A stretch of 64,000 bases of DNA, taken from positions 35,873-99,872 of the forward strand of contig JASLKC010000014.1 of assembly GCA_030747785.1 (NCBI GenBank). The letters run 5' to 3'. Below, piece by piece: positions 16,571-26,453 of the stretch. The notes beneath the pieces are model-generated. The model was not told where the DNA came from, made no database searches, and worked only from the letters and a program-made list of their open reading frames with translations. The DNA comes from Candidatus Poseidoniaceae archaeon (GTDB lineage: Archaea; Thermoplasmatota; Poseidoniia; Poseidoniales; Poseidoniaceae). How positions within the stretch are numbered: position 1 is the first letter of the stretch; each line of letters begins with the position of its first letter. A program made the translations under genes and the position numbers.

Positions 16571-19375
16571 ATGTCGGGAGGATACAGACAGCAACCAGGG
16601 GCTGGGACCTCCGAAAAGCGAGTCGATGGAAAGAGGGTTGCTGGAAAGCAGACCTTCTCCCCGCCGGGTTCTGGTGGTTCAAGGCCAAATATGGCTGAAC
16701 GTGATCTCGATTATATCCCAGAGACGGAAGGAGGGCGTGAGAAACAGCCAGCAGGAGCTCATATTCATGATAGTGCTCGTACTGGAACTATTGTTGGAAA
16801 GAGAACGCCGCTTGTCGATGGAAATGCCAAGGTTACGGGACAGGCTTGGTATGGTGATGATGTACGTCTTCCAGGTGAAATAATTGGGCGCATAGTTCGC
16901 TCACCACACCATTATGCAAAGGTCAAATCGGTTGACACCAGTGCTGCTGAAGCATTACCGGGCGTATTAGCAGTTGCAACAGGTGCCGATGCTCCTACCA
17001 GTTTTGGAGTTCTTCCTGTAACAAAAGATGAACATGCAATGGCAGTTGAGAAGGTTCGACATGTAGGGGACTTAGTTGCGTGTGTCGCAGCGGTAGATGA
17101 AGCTACAGCAAGAGAAGCAGCAGCCTTAATCAATGTCGAATATGAGGTGCTAGACTCGATTCACGATATGCGCAAGGGCCTAGAGGATGTGGATGAACCA
17201 ATCCATTGGAGAGGCCAATATCATGTAGGGAACACAAATGTTCAGAAGCGCGTTTTCCAAGAATTCGGCGACCGTTCGATGGTTGAAAATCCAACGGCAA
17301 TGCACAATGGGAAATGGAAATTCAAGGGAGTAAACCATGGCTTCACCGAGCCTCATGCCGTCGTTGCACATTGGGACTCAAATGGCCGTCTTCAACTCTA
17401 TACTCCTCAGCAAGTACCTCATTATGCCCACCGAGCATTAGCTACAGTACTCGATGTACCAATGCATCAAGTCAATGTGATTCGAACCTTTGTAGGTGGA
17501 GGATTCGGCGGTAAGTCCGACCCATTCCCTCATGAGATGTGTGCAGCAATATTGGCGCGAAAATCAGGAAAGCCAGTACGAATTACATTTGACCGAGAAG
17601 AGGTATTCTGGGTTAACCGTGGGCGCCACCCTAGCCTTATCGAAGTCCAGATGTATGCTGATGAGGATGCACGAATATCTGGATTCGATATCGATGCCCT
17701 AATCGATGGTGGAGGATTTGCCTCTTTTGGCCATGTCACTTCATACTACAACGGAGTTCTAGCAACTGCACCATATGAGTTGGGAAGTTTCTATTATACT
17801 GGGGCAAGGGTTTGGACTAACAAACCAGCAAGTGGCGCTATGAGGGGCCATGGTGCCGTGAATACTCGTTGTGCAATCGAGGTTGGACTCGATGATATGG
17901 CTGAACAATTACAGGTTGATCCAATCGATCTACGCTTGGCAAATCTACTACCTCCCAATTCTAGTACAATTACTGGATTCCGTATTACTTCAAATGGAAT
18001 GCGTCAAGCATTGCACGAAGTTCGTAGACAGTCAAATTGGCATGAAAAATTCCGAAAGATGCCACTTGGAAAAGGCATCGGAATTGGTTGTGGCTTCTTC
18101 ATTTCAGGTTCAGGTTTACCAATCCATTGGGACCCACACAATTTCCCTCACGCTACTGTTCATATTCAGGTTGACATGGACGGTGGAGTAACAGTACACA
18201 CAGGCGCCGCTGAAATTGGCCAGGGTTCTACTACTGTAATTGCCCAAGTCGTGGCTGAAGTCCTAGCCTTACCGATTGAAATGATTCACGTCCGTAGTCA
18301 TGAGAGCGATACCAGCCCAGTTGACCTTGGATCTTATTCTTCTCGTGTTACTTTCATGAATGCAAATGCAGCAATACGTGCTGCACTTGAAATCAAGGAT
18401 GAGTTGCTAGTAGCAGCGTGTGAAATTCTTGGTGACCAATCTGAAAAATTAATTCTAAATGATCGCAGAATCTACTGCAAGCACGACCCAGCAATTGGTA
18501 TTTCATACCTAGAGGCTTTGCACAAAGCCCAGGAGGATAAGGGTGCTCTAATCGCTACCGGTGCATATCGAAGCCCTCCAATGGGTGGTGTGCACAAAGG
18601 CGCTGCTGCTGGCTTAGCACCAGCATATTCGTTTTCAGCATATGTAGCAGAAGTAGAGGTAGATATTGAAACAGGTTTAATCTCATGTACTGATGTTTGG
18701 GCTGCTCATGATTGTGGAAAAGCCCTCAATCCCTTAGCCGTTGAAGGCCAAATTATCGGCTCATGCCACATGGGTCTTGGTCAGGTTCTTTCCGAGCAAA
18801 TGGTGTATGGTCGGACCGGACATTTACAGAATGCAAATCTATTGGATTACAAAATTCCAAGTGTACATGAGATGCCAAATGTAACTCCCATCCTCATTGA
18901 ATCATGCGACCCGGAGGGGCCATTCGGTGCAAAAGAAGCAGGTGAGGGGCCACTTCTTCCAATTCTTCCAGCTGTTGTCAATGCAGTTTATGATGCGATT
19001 GGAATTCGAATCAATGACCTTCCATTGACTCCTGACAAGGTATGGGCAGCCATTGCGAAGAAAATGAAACTCGATGGTATTGATGACCCTGAAACTCTAC
19101 CTACTCCTCGGCTTGACCTCTCGCCATTACAAGATAAGTTACTAGCTCGTGCAGAAGTCCATGAGACTAGAGATAAGAGGCGTCAAAAGTTGGAGGATAT
19201 CGATGCATATGCTAACGGAGTTCTATTCGGCCTCGATTCAAATCTCCTCCTTGAATATCAGGCAGAAGGTTGGGTTGCATCTACAAAACCGACTCCAGAA
19301 CAATTAGCAGAACTAGGTCTTGCTGGAACGGCTTGGCTCAAGAAAGAGCAACGTAAAATTGGAGGCGATAATTGA
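16571..19375 (+). CDS. coxL: molybdopterin hydroxylase large (Mo-binding) subunit, xanthine dehydrogenase / aldehyde oxidase family
   Basis: GGGFGGK motif (VGGGFGGKSD) and the a/b hammerhead and Mo-pterin binding regions. The ORF track starts at 16499, overlapping coxS. The internal Met at 16571, immediately after the coxS stop, is the more plausible start. Confidence 0.85.
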   Translation: MSGGYRQQPGAGTSEKRVDGKRVAGKQTFSPPGSGGSRPNMAERDLDYIPETEGGREKQPAGAHIHDSARTGTIVGKRTPLVDGNAKVTGQAWYGDDVRLPGEIIGRIVRSPHHYAKVKSVDTSAAEALPGVLAVATGADAPTSFGVLPVTKDEHAMAVEKVRHVGDLVACVAAVDEATAREAAALINVEYEVLDSIHDMRKGLEDVDEPIHWRGQYHVGNTNVQKRVFQEFGDRSMVENPTAMHNGKWKFKGVNHGFTEPHAVVAHWDSNGRLQLYTPQQVPHYAHRALATVLDVPMHQVNVIRTFVGGGFGGKSDPFPHEMCAAILARKSGKPVRITFDREEVFWVNRGRHPSLIEVQMYADEDARISGFDIDALIDGGGFASFGHVTSYYNGVLATAPYELGSFYYTGARVWTNKPASGAMRGHGAVNTRCAIEVGLDDMAEQLQVDPIDLRLANLLPPNSSTITGFRITSNGMRQALHEVRRQSNWHEKFRKMPLGKGIGIGCGFFISGSGLPIHWDPHNFPHATVHIQVDMDGGVTVHTGAAEIGQGSTTVIAQVVAEVLALPIEMIHVRSHESDTSPVDLGSYSSRVTFMNANAAIRAALEIKDELLVAACEILGDQSEKLILNDRRIYCKHDPAIGISYLEALHKAQEDKGALIATGAYRSPPMGGVHKGAAAGLAPAYSFSAYVAEVEVDIETGLISCTDVWAAHDCGKALNPLAVEGQIIGSCHMGLGQVLSEQMVYGRTGHLQNANLLDYKIPSVHEMPNVTPILIESCDPEGPFGAKEAGEGPLLPILPAVVNAVYDAIGIRINDLPLTPDKVWAAIAKKMKLDGIDDPETLPTPRLDLSPLQDKLLARAEVHETRDKRRQKLEDIDAYANGVLFGLDSNLLLEYQAEGWVASTKPTPEQLAELGLAGTAWLKKEQRKIGGDN

Positions 19376-20316
19376 TGTTGATGCCTCCGTTTGAACTTCA
19401 CAATCCTGCTTCTGTTGAGGAGGCTTGCGCCATTGCTGCTAAGTTATTATCTGCTGGCGAGGAATTCGATTGGATTGCTGGAGGTACTGATCTCATTCCA
19501 AATTACAAGTGGCACATCAATACAAAACCGCATGTGATATCCCTTGTTGGATTGGATGCGTCAACGATTTCTATGACCGAAATTGGTTGTATGGCAAGAC
19601 TCCAAGATATCGCAGAAAGTGGTGATGCACATCCACTAATCTCAATGGCCGCAGGTAAGGTTGCATCATCGCTCATCCGCCGTAGTGCAACCTTAGGGGG
19701 AAATCTTTGTCTCGATACACGATGTTTCTGGTTCAATCAAACCGAAGAGTGGAGATCTAGTATTGATTGGTGTCACAAATGCGATTGTGGCACAGGTGCT
19801 GATTGTAGAGTCATTCCAAATCAGAATGAACTCTGTGTTGCTACCTACCAAGGTGACCTAGCGCCTGCTCTGATGGTACTGGATGCTACAATCCATTTAA
19901 TCGGACCAGAAGGCGGAAGAGAAATGCTCCTTCATGATTTTTTCAAACTCGACGGGATGACGAGAAATGTGCTAAGGCCAGGAGAGTTCGTCCTCAAAAT
20001 CACCTTCCCTGATGACGCAGGACAGTATACAGGCTCTTATCAAAAACTCAGAGTTCGTGAATCTTGGGACTTCCCTGAAGCTGGAGTTGCAGCAGCATGG
20101 AAGGATGGAGATAGAAGTACGCTTAGACTTGCAACAACTGCTTTGGAAAGCATTCCACGTAGGCATGATGAACAGGTTGCAGAATCTGCAGGAGACATCA
20201 AAGCGCTTGCTGACGCGGTTTACAAAGAGGTAAAGCCTGTGAACAATACCGCTCTTCCACCAAGGTACAGACGTAACATGCTGAAGGTGCTAATCAAGAG
20301 GGCTTGTAAGGAGTGA
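19372..20316 (+). CDS. coxM: molybdopterin hydroxylase medium FAD-binding subunit (CoxM family)
   Basis: FAD-binding motif FDWIAGGTDLIPNYK and the CO dehydrogenase flavoprotein C-terminal domain. It overlaps coxL by 4 nt. Confidence 0.85.
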   Translation: MMLMPPFELHNPASVEEACAIAAKLLSAGEEFDWIAGGTDLIPNYKWHINTKPHVISLVGLDASTISMTEIGCMARLQDIAESGDAHPLISMAAGKVASSLIRRSATLGGNLCLDTRCFWFNQTEEWRSSIDWCHKCDCGTGADCRVIPNQNELCVATYQGDLAPALMVLDATIHLIGPEGGREMLLHDFFKLDGMTRNVLRPGEFVLKITFPDDAGQYTGSYQKLRVRESWDFPEAGVAAAWKDGDRSTLRLATTALESIPRRHDEQVAESAGDIKALADAVYKEVKPVNNTALPPRYRRNMLKVLIKRACKE

Positions 20317-21260
20317 TTAATGTGAAGCGAATTCTGTGTGCTCTTTTTGTTTTGTCCTTTTTGGCAGTGCCCTTGTCGAGCGCGCAAGTAGAGGCGCCTG
20401 AATGGAATATCGGATGGGAAACCGAGGAGAGTCCAGTGATAATGCAACTCGATGAGGATCACGACTTTGAGTTAACAATAATATTCTGGGTTTCGAACTC
20501 GCGACCCACTCCAATTGACCTAGAATTTGAGGTCACAGGAGTAGATGATTTTGAAGTTGATGACCCCGGGAAAATCACCGTCGATGCTAATTCTAATGAA
20601 ACAATGAACCTGATAATTTCCGGTAGTGGAGTTGATTCAAATGGCGACTTGTATTCAGCGGATTCCATCTATGCTACTCTTTCACTGAAAGCAATCCAGT
20701 TGGTTGCTGAGCAGAATGTGGGTGAAGATGAAATCGATAGAGATTTACAATTCTCAACGGTTCATGACTTGGTAGTCACAGTAATGCCTGTAGAAGGATC
20801 ATCAAGTGTTACGGTAAAGGCTGGTACAAGTGAAAGCTTACTCGTAAAGGTCGAAAACACAGGAAATAGCGCTGATGCAATTGCCGATGCAAGCGCGAAT
20901 TTTCGAGGATGCCCACAGATGGGATCAGAATTCACCTCAGAAATGAGCAATGTTAGCATTGGCCTCTCCGCTTCTGTGGAGGGTGGTCTCAAGATAATGG
21001 CGTCCTCAAGTCACCATGAGAAAGCATGTACTCTCGTGGTTTCGGTTGTGAGTGAAGGTTCCGGCAAGGTTAGTACTTCAGAATTGGAATTCCAAGTTAA
21101 ATCACCTGAAGCAGATGACCCTAATGATGATGCTAGCGATGGCAACTCGAATGGAAGTATTTCCAACTATGATGTGGAGTCAAGTTCGCTTCCTGCACCT
21201 TCTCTAGTTGCAGGCCTATTGTGTGTAATTTTCGCTGCAATTTTTCGTAGAGATTATTGA
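20313..21260 (+). CDS. secreted acidic protein with signal peptide and a C-terminal TM plus short basic tail (possible archaeosortase-type sorting signal)
   Basis: N-terminal signal peptide (LCALFVLSFLAVPLSSAQVEA), a D/E/S-rich body, and a C-terminal PAPSLVAGLLCVIFAAIFRRDY. Confidence 0.5.
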   Translation: MINVKRILCALFVLSFLAVPLSSAQVEAPEWNIGWETEESPVIMQLDEDHDFELTIIFWVSNSRPTPIDLEFEVTGVDDFEVDDPGKITVDANSNETMNLIISGSGVDSNGDLYSADSIYATLSLKAIQLVAEQNVGEDEIDRDLQFSTVHDLVVTVMPVEGSSSVTVKAGTSESLLVKVENTGNSADAIADASANFRGCPQMGSEFTSEMSNVSIGLSASVEGGLKIMASSSHHEKACTLVVSVVSEGSGKVSTSELEFQVKSPEADDPNDDASDGNSNGSISNYDVESSSLPAPSLVAGLLCVIFAAIFRRDY

Positions 21261-21394
21261 CTACTGTTAGAAAACATAGTAGATGATATTCCTAATATCG
21301 GTATGATACTCAATATTACCCCCCAATCATACTTAGAGAACCTATATGAGTGTAGCAAAGATGCGACGAATGCTGCGTTGTTGCGTACGCCGTA

Positions 21395-22990
21395 TTGGAG
21401 TTGAAGAAAATGGCAGACACAGAGGCAGAGGGCATCAAGCTCGAGACCTGGTTGCTCATTGGATTCGTCGTGGCTCTATTGCTTTCAACTTCTGTAATAG
21501 TCATTACATCCATGGGTAAAGATACCGTGTTCTCTGCCTATGTGACTGATTCGGAAAATGAGAACCTCCAATTCCAACAAATCTCTACCATGAGAACCGA
21601 CTTAGGTTCGGGTGATGGCGGCATGGGATATGATGTTGCAAATACGATGTCAACACCAATGCTGGTAAATGATTGGAGAGAGCCTCACCGCACAATGTTG
21701 GTAATCGCAGCTCCAGAGAAACCATTTGATAGCGCAGAGGCAAATGCAATTCACGAGTTCGTAACTGAGAAAGGTGGAAAGGTAATCATTGCTTCTAATT
21801 CAACAAATGCACAGACTGTCGCAGCAGAATTCGGCGTCAAATTCTTTGATTCACAAGTTGTCGACCAATACCGTTACTACGAGGTCGCAAAGCAAACTGG
21901 TGAGGTTCAACCCGATGACCATCGTAGACTCTGGACTGTTGCAGGTGTCAACAAAGTTTGGACTGATGATAATGAAAACCGAGCGCCATGTAGCGAAGAC
22001 GACATACGCAATGACAGAGTTGACAATTGCGCAATGCCCGTACTATTCCACCGTCCTACTGCAGTTCAGGTTCTAGACCAAGAAGATTCTACACGTAATG
22101 TGAAAGTACTCGCTCATGCATCTACCTCAGCATTCCTTGCTACAGTAGATATGGATGTTAACAATAATTTGAACGACCCACTCGGTGGAAATAATACCGG
22201 ATTGATTGTCCGAATGGATTATCCAGGTATCGAAGTAATTGACCGTGTAAAGGGTGATCGTGAAGGTCAAGTTTCAGTTACTGGAAGCATTGTATTCGTT
22301 TCAGACCATTCCGTATTTGCAAACCATCTATGGGACCTTGCTGATGCAGAGGTTACAGGTAAGCAGCAATGCACGTCCGATTTGTATACTGACCATGATT
22401 GCTGGGATGACATTTTATCCAATCAAGCAGGTGATACTTCTTGGCATGGAAACGGATTGTACTTCATGGCTTTGATGCGAGATATGATGGAAATCGAGAA
22501 TGAAGAGATCTCGAATACTATTACTCGTCACAATGAAAATTTCTACATTGTTTTCGATGAATCCCGTCACGTGACTTCAGCAATGTCTTCTCCATTCACT
22601 GAGGCGATGGGAGCAATCGTAATGCTAACCAGCGATACAATGCTGAAGTGGCTAATCGTACTCAACTTGATGGCGCTACTATCCATCGCCATAATGGTGG
22701 TACCAGAGAAGGAAAATTGGCGCCATGTTTTCGACCTCACTAGATTTAGAGAAAGACCGAATAAGGTCGATCCTCAAGATTATTTGAAACGTGTAAGAGA
22801 ATCACTGATGAGCAAGGTTAGACAATTCCATGACCTTACTCGAGATGAAATGGCACGTAAGACGCCAAGCGAGATCCAGACAATGGTCAGGGACCCTCGC
22901 CTCATTGAACTGCTGTACAGCCAGCAGAGATCCTATTCCAACGAAGAACTGAGGCAATTATTGCAGCAGATTCGACGTTGGGGAAAATGA
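21395..22990 (+). CDS. membrane-anchored extracytoplasmic protein, first gene of the MoxR/DUF58 cluster (possibly DUF4350-like)
   Basis: One TM near the N-terminus and one near the C-terminus, with a large domain between. It sits immediately upstream of the MoxR ATPase with a 13-nt overlap. The family assignment is by context only. Confidence 0.45.
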   Translation: MELKKMADTEAEGIKLETWLLIGFVVALLLSTSVIVITSMGKDTVFSAYVTDSENENLQFQQISTMRTDLGSGDGGMGYDVANTMSTPMLVNDWREPHRTMLVIAAPEKPFDSAEANAIHEFVTEKGGKVIIASNSTNAQTVAAEFGVKFFDSQVVDQYRYYEVAKQTGEVQPDDHRRLWTVAGVNKVWTDDNENRAPCSEDDIRNDRVDNCAMPVLFHRPTAVQVLDQEDSTRNVKVLAHASTSAFLATVDMDVNNNLNDPLGGNNTGLIVRMDYPGIEVIDRVKGDREGQVSVTGSIVFVSDHSVFANHLWDLADAEVTGKQQCTSDLYTDHDCWDDILSNQAGDTSWHGNGLYFMALMRDMMEIENEEISNTITRHNENFYIVFDESRHVTSAMSSPFTEAMGAIVMLTSDTMLKWLIVLNLMALLSIAIMVVPEKENWRHVFDLTRFRERPNKVDPQDYLKRVRESLMSKVRQFHDLTRDEMARKTPSEIQTMVRDPRLIELLYSQQRSYSNEELRQLLQQIRRWGK

Positions 22991-24168
22991 CAACTAAGGA
23001 GGAAACAGACATGCAACCACCAGCCCCCCCCGCAGCCCCACCTGCACCGGCCCCAGCGCCTGTAGCACCGCCTGCACCGGCACCGGCACCACCAGCACCA
23101 GCACCAGTAGCGCCTCAAGCGCCAGCTATGCCTGCTGCACCTGCCCCTGCCCCAGCAGCGCCTGCCCCAGCGCCGGCCCCTGCAGCCCAGCCCAAACATC
23201 AGAGCACCCCCGAAGTGCGAGAACGCCTTGCAGCAGTCGGTGCGATTGCTCAAGCGATCAGCGCCGAAGTTCAGAAAGTGATTATTGGAAAAGCACACGT
23301 CATCGACAATGTGCTAATCAATATCCTCTCGAATGGAAACCTGCTCTTCGAGGATTACCCTGGTTTGGCAAAGACCCTGATGACCAACACCTTCGCAGAT
23401 GCGTTGGGTTGTGATTTCAAGCGTGTGCAGTTCACACCTGACCTGCTACCAGCTGACATCACCGGTACGAACATCTATGACGCAAAGAAGGGAGAATTTA
23501 CCTTCAAGCCAGGACCGCTATTCTGCAACCTGCTACTTGCTGACGAGATTAACCGTGCTCCACCAAAGACTCAAGCAGCTTTGCTTGAGGCTATGCAGGA
23601 GAAGCAGGTTACCATCGGTACTGTCACCCACAAACTCCCAGCCCCGTTCATTGTTATGGCAACTCAGAACCCTGTCGAGCAGGAGGGTACATACCCACTG
23701 CCTGAAGCACAACTGGACCGTTTCATGTTCAAGATGAGCGTTGGATACCCAGACCGTGCAGATGAAGACGAGATTCTCCGCCGACGTATCGTTCGTGGTA
23801 AGGATGCAGTCGATGTCGACGTCATCACCGACCCACAACGTGTTATTGCTATGCAGCAGGCTTGTGAAGACATCTATGTCGACCCAGCCCTACGTATGTA
23901 CATGGTCGAGGTTGTTACCCGAACTCGTGAGGACCCACGTGTCCTCGTCGGTTCTTCGCCTCGTGGTTCTCAGGCTCTCCTGAAGACCAGCCGTGCAGCA
24001 GCAGCACTTCGTGGACGCGATTTCGTCACACCTGATGACATCAAGTCCATTGCAGAACTAGCACTTGCACACAGGTTAATCCTGAAGCCAGAACACCAGA
24101 TCAAGGGACTTGAATCCGGAGAAGTCATTCAGACTATTCTACGTGAAGTTCCAGTACCAACAGTCTGA
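22978..24168 (+). CDS. MoxR-family AAA+ ATPase with a ~70-aa proline/alanine-rich N-terminal extension
   Basis: MoxR signatures LFEDYPGLAKT ... LLADEINRAPPKTQAALLEAMQE. The N-terminus is PAPAP/APVAP low-complexity repeat. Confidence 0.9.
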   Translation: MGKMTTKEETDMQPPAPPAAPPAPAPAPVAPPAPAPAPPAPAPVAPQAPAMPAAPAPAPAAPAPAPAPAAQPKHQSTPEVRERLAAVGAIAQAISAEVQKVIIGKAHVIDNVLINILSNGNLLFEDYPGLAKTLMTNTFADALGCDFKRVQFTPDLLPADITGTNIYDAKKGEFTFKPGPLFCNLLLADEINRAPPKTQAALLEAMQEKQVTIGTVTHKLPAPFIVMATQNPVEQEGTYPLPEAQLDRFMFKMSVGYPDRADEDEILRRRIVRGKDAVDVDVITDPQRVIAMQQACEDIYVDPALRMYMVEVVTRTREDPRVLVGSSPRGSQALLKTSRAAAALRGRDFVTPDDIKSIAELALAHRLILKPEHQIKGLESGEVIQTILREVPVPTV

Positions 24169-24209
24169 ATTTCAGATATTATTGATGAGAAAAGGAGAGG
24201 TGCGTTAGC

Positions 24210-25523
24210 ATGTGGAGTCGGAAAAGCGCTATGCTGGGAAGTTTAGCAGTGGCCATGTATTTACTTGGTCTTACACTGCGAAATTCTCAGTTGGTAACCA
24301 TTGCTGTGGTTATCTTCGTTTTCCTCACATGGGCCGCACTCTTCGGCAGTCACGCCGATGTCGCTTCTAGTGGCAGGCGAGCCGAAGAGTGGACCGGTGA
24401 GGAAGGAGTGTCATTATCCAATGTCTCTGCAATGCGCAAACTGTCAACTGCTCGAGTCTTTGAAGATGGTGAGGTCGGTGTAACTCTGCGAATGCAGAAT
24501 CATTCAGCACTTGCTAAGATTCTCGAGGTACGTGACCGTGTTCCAGAAGTAATGCGCATCAAGGAAGGTGCGAACTATATTCTGATGGAATTAGGTCCTC
24601 GTCGTGAAACCTTCATCGAATACACTGCCGAATGTCCTCTCAGAGGATTCTACAGTCTTGGACCGGTGGCTGTCCGTGTCCAGGATCCCTTCGGATTATT
24701 TCACAAGGAAAAGGAATTGCATGTCTACAACGACTTCCTTGTGTTCCCGAAGATGGAAGACCTCAAAGAAACATTCGTCAAATCCCGTGTTCCGAAGATT
24801 TTCACTGGTGCTGTAAACATCCGTCAACCCGGACCGGGTTCAGAGTTTTACTCACTACGTGAGTACTTTGATGGTGACTCTTTCCGTTCAATCAATTGGA
24901 ATGCATATGCCCGAAGTGGTAAGCTAATGGTCAACGAAAGAGAGAGAGACGCTGTAAGCGACATCATCTTGATTGTCGATTCACGTGCTGTTTCTGAAAC
25001 TGGACCGGTTTCACGAAATGCATTGGTATACTCTACTCGTGCTGCAGCTAGTCTTGCAAAGTACTTCCTTAGCCGACGTGACTCAGTGGGTCTAATCACC
25101 TATGGAGATGAAGTCGTTTCTGTTGACCGAGATACTGGTAAGAAGCAATTGTATGTGCTATTAACAAAACTCGCAGGTGCGATGGCTCGTGGAAACATTC
25201 CACTCCAAGTAGTCGTCAATCGCATCTTGCCTCACATCAACAAAGGTAGCCCAATCATAGTGCTATCAAACCTTGAGGATGATCCAACTATCATTACTGC
25301 ACTACGAGACTTCCGTGCTCGTAACTTTGACGTAACGGTTCTTTCACCTTCAAGTCTTGAGTTTGAATTCGACGCAAAGCGTCTTGATCGAACTGGATAT
25401 GAAGTATTGAAGACCGAAAGAGACGTTGTAATCAGCGAACTGAGAGGTCTTGGAGTGAATATTATGGATTGGGAGCCCGACATGCTCCTATCGACCGCAC
25501 TGGCAGGAGCCAGAGGATTCTGA
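24210..25523 (+). CDS. DUF58 (vWA-like) protein, MoxR partner
   Basis: DUF58 hallmark FDGDSFRSINWNAYARSGKLMVNERE, N-terminal TMs, and the typical position right after MoxR. Confidence 0.85.
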   Translation: MWSRKSAMLGSLAVAMYLLGLTLRNSQLVTIAVVIFVFLTWAALFGSHADVASSGRRAEEWTGEEGVSLSNVSAMRKLSTARVFEDGEVGVTLRMQNHSALAKILEVRDRVPEVMRIKEGANYILMELGPRRETFIEYTAECPLRGFYSLGPVAVRVQDPFGLFHKEKELHVYNDFLVFPKMEDLKETFVKSRVPKIFTGAVNIRQPGPGSEFYSLREYFDGDSFRSINWNAYARSGKLMVNERERDAVSDIILIVDSRAVSETGPVSRNALVYSTRAAASLAKYFLSRRDSVGLITYGDEVVSVDRDTGKKQLYVLLTKLAGAMARGNIPLQVVVNRILPHINKGSPIIVLSNLEDDPTIITALRDFRARNFDVTVLSPSSLEFEFDAKRLDRTGYEVLKTERDVVISELRGLGVNIMDWEPDMLLSTALAGARGF

Positions 25524-25532
25524 GGTGATTTA

Positions 25533-26453
25533 ATGGTAGGACAAAAGTCTGGAGATACTTCACATCTATACGATGGAAAGACCGTTCGTTCAGCTGCACC
25601 TTCTAGGAAGAAGTTAGCAGGAACTATGGCTGGTTCCGGTAGTGAAATTCCAAAGGATGCAATCCCTACAGTTGAGGTTCCAACATTCATTGAGAGTTTA
25701 CTCGGTGGACCATTGGTTCCAAAGATGAAATTCCTACCTGCAGATAAGATGGTGCAGAACTTGCAACTCGGTTGCTATGGAGTTCTAATCGCTCTTGGAA
25801 TCTTGACATATATTGTCACTCCAGCAGTTGGAACAATATGGTTTGCAATTACTGGTTCAATCACTGCTGCAAACATCATGCAATTACTAATTGTCATCGG
25901 TGCAGTTGGTAGTGGTTTCTGGGGTGTAATGGGTAGAGATGCAAGGTATTTGCTTGCTTCATATGTCTTGTTTATCCTTTCAGTCTTACGATTTGCATCA
26001 TCAAAGGTATCTCTTTCACAGGATATTTTCGGATTTGCCGATAATGATTTCCTACTAACAATTCTAGTTGTTGTTTATGCAGTACTCTTGGTAATGTTCT
26101 TTGAATTATCTAATGGTGTTCTTAGATTCAGTATGCTCGATACTTCAATCCGCACACGTGAAGTTTACGTGATGAATGTCAAGAAAATCGTGGGCAAGTA
26201 TCACCGTTCATTGGTCATTAATCCGCTAATTGCTGGAACTTTAGCAATGCTTGTGCTCTCTGCAAATACAATCCTTCCAGCATTCATTGGTCTGTTTTCA
26301 GAACAGACGGCATTGAGAATGGAGGAATCTGTTGAGTTAATTTCGGTATATGGTGTTGCACTTGGGACACTATTCGTCTTCCTAGTGGTTGGAGGGTTAT
26401 TTGCCCTTGACCTACCAACTCATTTGCAATCCTGGCGAGAAAACAAGGATTGA
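25533..26453 (+). CDS. polytopic membrane protein of the MoxR/DUF58 cluster, function unknown
   Basis: Six or more hydrophobic segments. It follows the DUF58 gene with a 9-nt spacer. Confidence 0.5.
   Translation: MVGQKSGDTSHLYDGKTVRSAAPSRKKLAGTMAGSGSEIPKDAIPTVEVPTFIESLLGGPLVPKMKFLPADKMVQNLQLGCYGVLIALGILTYIVTPAVGTIWFAITGSITAANIMQLLIVIGAVGSGFWGVMGRDARYLLASYVLFILSVLRFASSKVSLSQDIFGFADNDFLLTILVVVYAVLLVMFFELSNGVLRFSMLDTSIRTREVYVMNVKKIVGKYHRSLVINPLIAGTLAMLVLSANTILPAFIGLFSEQTALRMEESVELISVYGVALGTLFVFLVVGGLFALDLPTHLQSWRENKD

Noticed and set aside
23030-23200. Periodic short repeats at the DNA level (possible CRISPR or minisatellite)
   Set aside because: The periodicity is 6-15 nt with no spacer-like unique segments. 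It is in-frame coding for a PAPAPA linker. No repeat-spacer architecture and no cas genes are present.
22933-23298. 121-aa Cys/Arg/Trp-rich minus-strand ORF (CRCRCRRCYRRWGRCRWGCGGGWW)
   Set aside because: It is the antisense of the Pro/Ala-repeat (CCN-GCN) N-terminus of the MoxR gene, an artefact of the GC-rich periodic tract.
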